A program made the position numbers and the translations under genes. Shown here in pieces: positions 58,425-64,000 of a DNA stretch of 64,000 nucleotides. Under the pieces are notes generated by a model. That model had not been told where the DNA came from. It was given only the letters and a program-made list of their open reading frames with translations, and made no database searches. The DNA lies in NCBI GenBank assembly GCA_963778805.1, contig CAVZVT010000005.1:26385-90384 (forward strand), in the 5' to 3' direction. Origin of the DNA: an uncultured Chloroflexia bacterium (lineage in GTDB: Bacteria > Chloroflexota > Limnocylindria > Limnocylindrales > CSP1-4). Positions within the stretch are counted from its first letter, which is position 1, and every line of letters begins with the position of its first letter.

Positions 58425-58803
58425 CTAGCGATCGCGGGATCGACCCGGGAAGGCACTCGTGCGATCGACCTGGAGCGGCGCGGACGCCTCGCCGATCCCC
58501 GTGAGGGTCGTGCCGTCATGGAGCCGCATGTCGTCGCGGAGCTGGCTCGGGCGAACCGTCGCGGTCCGGAGCTTCGACGCGGCCGGAATCGGGACGACAG
58601 GCGCGACCTGAGGTGCGAGGGGCGCTGCCTGCACGACGACCGGAGCCACCGGGGTCGCGATCGTGGCGGGAGCCTGACTGGCGACGACGGTCGCGAGCGC
58701 GAGACCGATCGATGAAGGCGACGCCGGCGATCGCCGCGACGCCCAGTGGCGCGACGCGGAAGCCGCTCCCGGCCGACTGCTGGGTGGTGGTCTGTGCGGT
58801 CAT
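58425..58803 (-). CDS. Hypothetical small membrane-anchored/secreted protein (~125 aa; one surplus base near 58707-58712 as sequenced)
   Basis: ATG 58803 preceded by AGGAGG (7-nt spacing). MTAQTTTQQSAGSGFRVAPLGVAAIAGVAFI in one frame, and GLALATVVASQAPATIATPVAPVVVQAAPLAPQVAPVVPIPAASKLRTATVRPSQLRDDMRLHDGTTLTGIGEASAPLQVD... in the next. Joined, they give one continuous TM helix. Confidence 0.65.
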
Positions 58804-58899
58804 CGGATCCTCCTGTCTGGGTGGGTTCCACACAAGACTCGTCGTCGATCTGGAGGCCGTCATCCGTCGAATGACCGATGTCCTGCGACGGCGTCCACC

Positions 58900-58905
58900 T
58901 ACACT
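58900..58905 (+). promoter_or_regulatory. -10-like hexamer TACACT 8 nt upstream of the LAL regulator ATG (possible leaderless start)
   Basis: Read from the sequence. There is no SD before ATG 58914. Confidence 0.25.
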
Positions 58906-58913
58906 TCGTGGGC

Positions 58914-61801
58914 ATGGACATCCTTTCGCACTCCGTCAGATCCCCCATCCTCATCGGCCGCGACGACCTGCTCGAACTGGTCGATCGTCGGTTGGACGAC
59001 GTCGAGGTCGGCCACGGCCAGTTCCTGCTCGTCGGCGGAACGGCCGGGCATCGGCAAGAGCCGGTTCCTGGCAGCGATCGGCCGCAAGACCCGGGAACGA
59101 GGGTTCGCCGAATCGTGGGGCCACATCGTGCCGCAGGATCAGGACGTCCCCGCCGCTTCCATCCGCGACGTGGCCCGGACGGCAGCGCTTGACCCGGACC
59201 TTGCCGACATGGGTCGCGATGTCCTCGCGATGCTCGACGCGGCGCCGACGGCGAACCTGACCGGGCGTCGACGGCTCGCCCTCCAGGTGGTCGAGCGGAT
59301 GCTCGCCATCCCCGATCGGCCGGTCCTGTTCTGCTTCGAGGACATCCAGTGGGCCGATGACCTGAGCCTCGACGTCATCGCGGAATTGGCGCGTCGCTCG
59401 CGCGATCGATCGGTGTTGTTGACGGCCGGCTATCGGACCGACGAGCTCAAGCCCGACTCGAGTCTTCGCGATTGGCGGTCTCGCCTCGTCACGCAGCGTG
59501 TGGCGGAGGAGCTGCGGCTGGGTCCGCTCTCGGAGAGCGACACGGCGCTGCTCACCACGCTCATCCTCGATTCGGGTCTCCCGGCGCCGCGCGACGTCGC
59601 CGCGGCCGTCTACGCGAGGACGGGAGGGATCCCGCTCTATGTCGAGGAGCTCCTTGGTGCCATCGGCGCCGACGCCCGCGCGAGTGGTCGAGCCGTCCGC
59701 GAGGCGATCGTGCCCGACAGCATCGAGGACGCCGTGATCAGCCGGCTCAGCCACCTGTCCCCTGGAGGCCCAGGCGGCGGCACACGCCGGTGCGGTCATC
59801 GGTCGATGCTTCACCGTCGACGTCCTCGCCGACATCATGGATCGACCGGAGGAAGCCCTCGTGGAGTCGCTCCAGGAGTTGTGCGACCAATTCCTGCTCC
59901 AACCGCCTGGCGACGACGGGTACTTCGATTTCCCCCATCAGCTGCTGCGCGATGCGATCTATCGGAGCGTGCGGATCGGCGATCGCCGGCGCTATCACGC
60001 CCGGGCGGGTGAATTCGGCGCCCGTCTCATCGGGCAGTCCGATATCCATGCGTCGGCGCATTTCGAGCGCGCCGGGATGCATCGCGAGGCCTACGAGGCA
60101 GCGCTCAGTGGTGCCCGGGAGGCGGCCAGTGTCTCCCTGCATCGAGAGGCGCACGAGCTGTATCGACGCGTCGTGTCCAACATGCCCGCGGACATCGGCG
60201 CCAGCGAGCGGGGAGCGATCCTCGAGGCCGCACAAACCGAGGCGATCGCGATCGTGGAGACCGCGAGTGCGAGCGAGTTCGGCCGACAGGCGGCGATCGC
60301 CTATCGATCCGCCGGAGAGTCGACCAACGCGATCCGCGTGATCATGGCGTCAGAGACCATGACTCGTCGCGACGGCCGTCCCGCGTCCGAGTGGATGGGC
60401 GCCGTGGTGGCGCTCAGACGAGAGCTCGAGGCGGAGCCCGCATCGCCGGAGGCCGACGAACTCCGGGCCGACATGTCATGGGTGCTGGCGATCGGCCACA
60501 TCGATGGAAGAGACATGGCCGCGGCGCGCGAGGCGCTCGCCGAGACGCGTCGACTCGGGGTGATCCTTGATGATCGCGAGTGGAGCGAGCTCGCCGACTG
60601 GAAACTGGGCTTGATCGAGGTTCTGGAAGGTCGGGCGGCTGGCGGGCTCAAGCGAATGGCGGAGGTGGCGAGGATGGCCGAGATCTCCGGCCTCGAATCG
60701 ATGGGCGTGACGGCGTACCGGGACACCGCGGTGACGGCGGCGATGGCGATGGACTATCAGATCGCGACCCAGATGCTGGACGCGGGCCTCAAGTACACGG
60801 ATTCCGTCCAGCAGTCGTACTGCTCGCACCTGATGGCGGCGACGACCGGGCTTGTCGCCTGGGCCGAAGGCCGCTGGTCCGATGCCGCGAAGGAGGCCTC
60901 GCACGCGATGGCTGACCCCGGCAGTCGCCGCGGCGAGGAACTGGCCCGCTGGAGCCATGCGTTCGTCCTGATGGGCCGGGGTGACCTGACAAGCGCGGAA
61001 GATGAGTTGGCCAAGGGACTCACGTTCGGTCAGTCGGCGCAGGCGATCGAATACGTGCTTGCGCCACTCTGGGGGCTCGCCGAGGTGGCGCTCCAGGCCG
61101 GCGATCCCGCGCGAGCGATCGAGCATTGCGAGGATGCCCTGCGGCGTTCTCTGGTCGAGGCGGAACGGCTCCAGTTCGTGCCGTTCGTCGTGACCGGGGT
61201 CCGGGCATTCCTCGCGGCGGCCCGTCCCGCGGAGGCCGCGTCGTGGCTCGATGCCTGTCGAGATCGCCTCGAGGACACCCCGGAGGTCGCGAGCGCCGCC
61301 CTGGAGCACGCTCGCGGTCTCCTCGCGACGAGCGATGGCGCAACGGGTGTCGCCCGCAACGCTCTGGAGGCCGCGATCCTCGGCTGGGATGCGAAGCCAC
61401 GCGTCTGGGAGGGGACCTGGGCGCGACTCGACCTCGCGAATTGCCTGGTGCGGGCCGGTCGCTACGCCGATGCCCTGGCGCTGACGGTCGAAGTGCGCGA
61501 GACGGCGTCGCGGCTCGACGCTCCAGCACTCGTGGACCGTGCCGAGGAACTGGCCCGCATGGCGCGTGGTCGAGTGTCGACGGAGGAGCCGTGGCGGCCC
61601 CTGACGGCTCGGGAATACGCGGTCGCCCAGCTGATCGCCGAGGGCTACACGAACGCGGAGATCGCGGACGAGCTCGGGATCGCGTCCAAGACGGCGAGCT
61701 CGCACGTGGAGCACATCCTGGCCAAGCTCGGCGTCGCGCGACGCGCGGAGATCGCCGCCTGGACGACCACCGTGGCACAAAGCGTCGCGATGGCCCGCTG
61801 A
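58914..61801 (+). CDS. Large ATP-binding LuxR-family (LAL-type) transcriptional regulator (two surplus bases as sequenced, near 59046-59049 and 59764)
   Basis: Three ORF-track pieces join into about 960 aa. MDILSHSVRSPILIGRDDLL...LLVGGTAG|IGKSRFLAAIG (Walker A restored), ...FCFEDIQWADDLSLDVI..., ...GGIPLYVEELL..., SHLSP|EAQAAAHAGAVIGRCF..., a TPR-like middle region, and a C-terminal LuxR HTH LTAREYAVAQLIAEGYTNAEIADELGIASKTASSHVEHILAKLGV. Confidence 0.88.
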
Positions 61802-61877
61802 GCCAGACGACTCGCCGGCGGTCTCGCCGCGGCCATCGGCACCGTCTCGCAACCGAGAGTCGCTCCGGGGGCGACGG

Positions 61878-61883
61878 TACAAT
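61878..61883 (+). promoter_or_regulatory. -10-like hexamer TACAAT upstream of ppdK
   Basis: Lies in the 163-nt spacer with no convincing -35 element. GGAGGG SD at 61952-61957 precedes ATG 61965. Confidence 0.3.
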
Positions 61884-61964
61884 CCGGGGAACTGCACGAC
61901 CCAGCACCGACGCGGGTTCGCCCCGCCCGTGCCGAACCCGCTCGCCATCCCGGAGGGATCCCCC

Positions 61965-64000
61965 ATGGCCACCGTGACCCCGACTGCCGACCGTTCTCAC
62001 CACGCGGCCAAGCGCTACATCTACGCGTGGGGTGGCGGCACCGCGGAAGGCAACGCGGGGATGCGCGACCTCCTGGGCGGCAAGGGCGCCGGGCTGGCCG
62101 AGATGACGATCGCCGGGCTGCCGACACCGCCCGGGTTCACGATCACCACGGAAGCCTGCAATGACTATTTCGCCGCCGGCGAGCGCCTCCCCGACGGTCT
62201 CTGGGAGGACGTCCTGGTCGCGATCCGCGCGGTCGAGCAGGGGACCGGCAAGGGATTCGGCGATCCGGCGAACCCGCTGCTCGTGAGCGTCCGCTCCGGG
62301 GCGAAGTTCTCGATGCCGGGGATGATGGACACGGTCCTCAACCTCGGTCTCAACGAGCGAACGCTCGAAGGGCTGGTCGCGTTGACCGGGAACGAGCGGT
62401 TCGGATGGGATGCCTTCCGACGGTTCGTCCAGATGTTCGGACGGATCGTGATGGGCGTGGACGGCGAGCGATTCGACCATGCGCTCGACGCGGCCAAGGC
62501 GGCCCACGGCGCGAAGCAGGACACCGACCTCGACGCTGCAGCCCTGCGCGAACTCGTCGGGGCGTTCAAGGCCATCGTGCTGGCCGATACGGGACGCGAG
62601 TTCCCGGCCGACCCCAACGAGCAGCTGGACCTCGCCATCAAGGCGGTCTTCGCCTCCTGGTTCGGCAAGCGCGCCGAGGACTACCGAAAGAACCAGGGGA
62701 TCGCCAACGACCTGGGCACCGCCGTCAACGTGGTGACGATGGTGTTCGGGAACATGGGCGACGACTCGGGGACCGGCGTGGCCTTCACCCGCGACCCCAA
62801 CACCGGAGAGAAGGTCCTGTTCGGGGAGTACCTCACCAACGCCCAGGGCGAGGACGTGGTGGCTGGCATCCGGACCGCCCCCAAGATCGCCCAGATGGCC
62901 ACGGAGATGCCCACGGTCTACGACGAGTTCCTGCGCATCGGCCAGCAGCTCGAGCGGCACTATCGCGACGTCCAGGACCTCGAGTTCACCATCGAGCGCG
63001 GTCGCCTCTACATGCTCCAGACCCGCTCGGCCAAACGAACGGCGGCCGCGGCCGTCAGGATCGCGGCCGACATGGTGGATGAGGGCCTGATCACCAAGGA
63101 AGAGGCGATCGCCCGGATCGAGCCGGCCCACGTCGACCAGCTGCTGCGCGACCAGTTCGATCCGGCTGGGCTACAGGCTGCCGTCCGGATCGCGAAGGGG
63201 CTCAACGCGTCGCCCGGCGCTGCGGTGGGTCGTGCCGTGTTCTCGGCGGACACGGCCGTCGAGTGGGTCGGTCGTGGCGAGCAGGTCGTGCTCGTGCGGG
63301 TCGAGACATCGCCCGACGACTTCCACGGCATGGCCGTCGCCCAGGGCATCCTCACGGCGCGTGGCGGGGCCACATCGCACGCAGCGGTCGTCGCTCGCCA
63401 GATCGGCAAGCCCTGCGTCGCGGGTTGCGCCGAGCTCCTCGTCGATTACGGGACCAAGACCGCCCGAAGCACCGAATCCGACGTCTCGTTCGCGGAGGGC
63501 GACTGGATCAGCGTCGATGGCGCCACCGGTCAGGTCTACCAGGGTGCGTTGCCCACCGTGTCCGCCCGGTTCGAGGACCAGCCGGACCTGCAGAAGGTCC
63601 TCGGTTGGGCCGACGAGATCCGGCGCATGGGGGTCTGGACCAACGCCGACAAGCCCGAGGAAGCGGCCCAGGCACGGAGTTATGGGGCCGAGGGCATCGG
63701 TCTCTGTCGGACCGAGCACATGTTCCGCGAGGGCGATCGTCTGGAGATCGTCCGTGACGCGATCCTCGTCGCCAGCGTCGCCACGCGCGCCAAGGCGCGG
63801 ACGGCAGCTGGCGAGGCGCTCGATGCCGACGAAACCGACGCCGTCACGCGTTTCGATGCGGCGATGGCGAAGCTCGAGGTCCTCCAGCAGGGCGACTTCG
63901 AGGGCATCTTCCGGGCGATGGACGGCCTCCCCGTGGTGGTGCGGCTGATCGACCCGCCGTTGCACGAGTTCCTGCCGAACCTCGAGGAACAGCTCGTCAA
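61965..64000 (+). CDS. ppdK: Pyruvate, phosphate dikinase (3' end beyond window)
   Basis: Frame 0 is open from ATG 61965 to the window end; it is absent from the ORF track because it has no stop. ...MRDLLGGKGAGLAEM..GLPTPPGFTITTEAC..., phospho-His motif TARGGATSHAAVVARQIGKPCV, ...GIGLCRTEHMF... Confidence 0.93.
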   Translation, partial: MATVTPTADRSHHAAKRYIYAWGGGTAEGNAGMRDLLGGKGAGLAEMTIAGLPTPPGFTITTEACNDYFAAGERLPDGLWEDVLVAIRAVEQGTGKGFGDPANPLLVSVRSGAKFSMPGMMDTVLNLGLNERTLEGLVALTGNERFGWDAFRRFVQMFGRIVMGVDGERFDHALDAAKAAHGAKQDTDLDAAALRELVGAFKAIVLADTGREFPADPNEQLDLAIKAVFASWFGKRAEDYRKNQGIANDLGTAVNVVTMVFGNMGDDSGTGVAFTRDPNTGEKVLFGEYLTNAQGEDVVAGIRTAPKIAQMATEMPTVYDEFLRIGQQLERHYRDVQDLEFTIERGRLYMLQTRSAKRTAAAAVRIAADMVDEGLITKEEAIARIEPAHVDQLLRDQFDPAGLQAAVRIAKGLNASPGAAVGRAVFSADTAVEWVGRGEQVVLVRVETSPDDFHGMAVAQGILTARGGATSHAAVVARQIGKPCVAGCAELLVDYGTKTARSTESDVSFAEGDWISVDGATGQVYQGALPTVSARFEDQPDLQKVLGWADEIRRMGVWTNADKPEEAAQARSYGAEGIGLCRTEHMFREGDRLEIVRDAILVASVATRAKARTAAGEALDADETDAVTRFDAAMAKLEVLQQGDFEGIFRAMDGLPVVVRLIDPPLHEFLPNLEEQLV

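Noticed and set aside
58214-58954. N-terminal 247 residues of ORF 57248..58954(-), which would make the FNR protein 568 aa.
   Set aside because: The extension is Arg/Ser/Pro-rich off-frame-type sequence. It crosses a strong hairpin terminator and overlaps the better-supported small-protein gene in another frame. The FNR fold starts cleanly at MTELADD (ATG 58213).

Overview
Very GC-rich bacterial chromosomal segment: third codon positions are almost all G/C, and long spurious antisense ORFs occur throughout. It is almost entirely core housekeeping, with all but three genes on the + strand.

Gene order: 3' part of rpoB, rpoC, the str operon (rpsL-rpsG-fusA-tuf), and the complete S10-spc-alpha ribosomal superoperon (rpsJ through rplQ, including secY-adk-map-infA-rpmJ and rpoA). 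Then truA-rplM-rpsI, argF, a TPR protein, the c-di-AMP module cdaA-cdaR-glmM, glmS, acpS, an NAD(P)HX dehydratase and alr. Next come a macro-domain protein plus three uncharacterised ORFs, tsaE-tsaB-rimI-tsaD, rsmA, ispE, ridA, glmU and a CorC/HlyC-type protein. The window ends with a methyltransferase, a polyprenyl synthase (-), recO, a GNAT, a PPOX-like protein, an M19 dipeptidase, glyQS, a small membrane protein, an FNR-type reductase (-), a small membrane-anchored protein (-), a large LuxR-family (LAL) regulator and the 5' two-thirds of ppdK.

I saw no rRNA or tRNA genes, CRISPR arrays, transposases, integrases or recognisable defence genes. Gene order (rplM-rpsI ... glmM ... glmS ... alr-tsaEBD) and the coiled-coil insertion in RpoC point to a Terrabacteria lineage (Actinomycetota/Chloroflexota-like). 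I cannot be more precise without a database search.

Main observations:
1. At least ten single-base reading-frame breaks in otherwise intact, mostly essential genes: rpoB x2, rpsJ, rplP, argF, tsaD, the LAL regulator x2, a small membrane-protein gene, and a probable one that fuses two ORFs at 41.7 kb. These are most simply base-calling or assembly indels, and they make the ORF track misleading.
2. A highly organised 154-nt leader between rpsI and argF, with an exact 22-nt direct repeat carrying SD+ATG, two mutually exclusive helices, and a 45-codon uORF whose stop overlaps the argF start.
3. A lineage-specific four-ORF block (macro domain, small acidic ORF, weakly GlmL/ASKHA-like ORF, unknown ORF) inserted between alr and tsaE.
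4. A small membrane-anchored protein gene, with strong SD and intrinsic terminator, that is hidden in the ORF track by a frameshift.
5. Unusual insertions or acidic low-complexity tails in RpoC, S12, S17, L15 and L24.

I do not see convincing evidence for a novel multi-gene system in this window. The items above are the best candidates and are scored accordingly.
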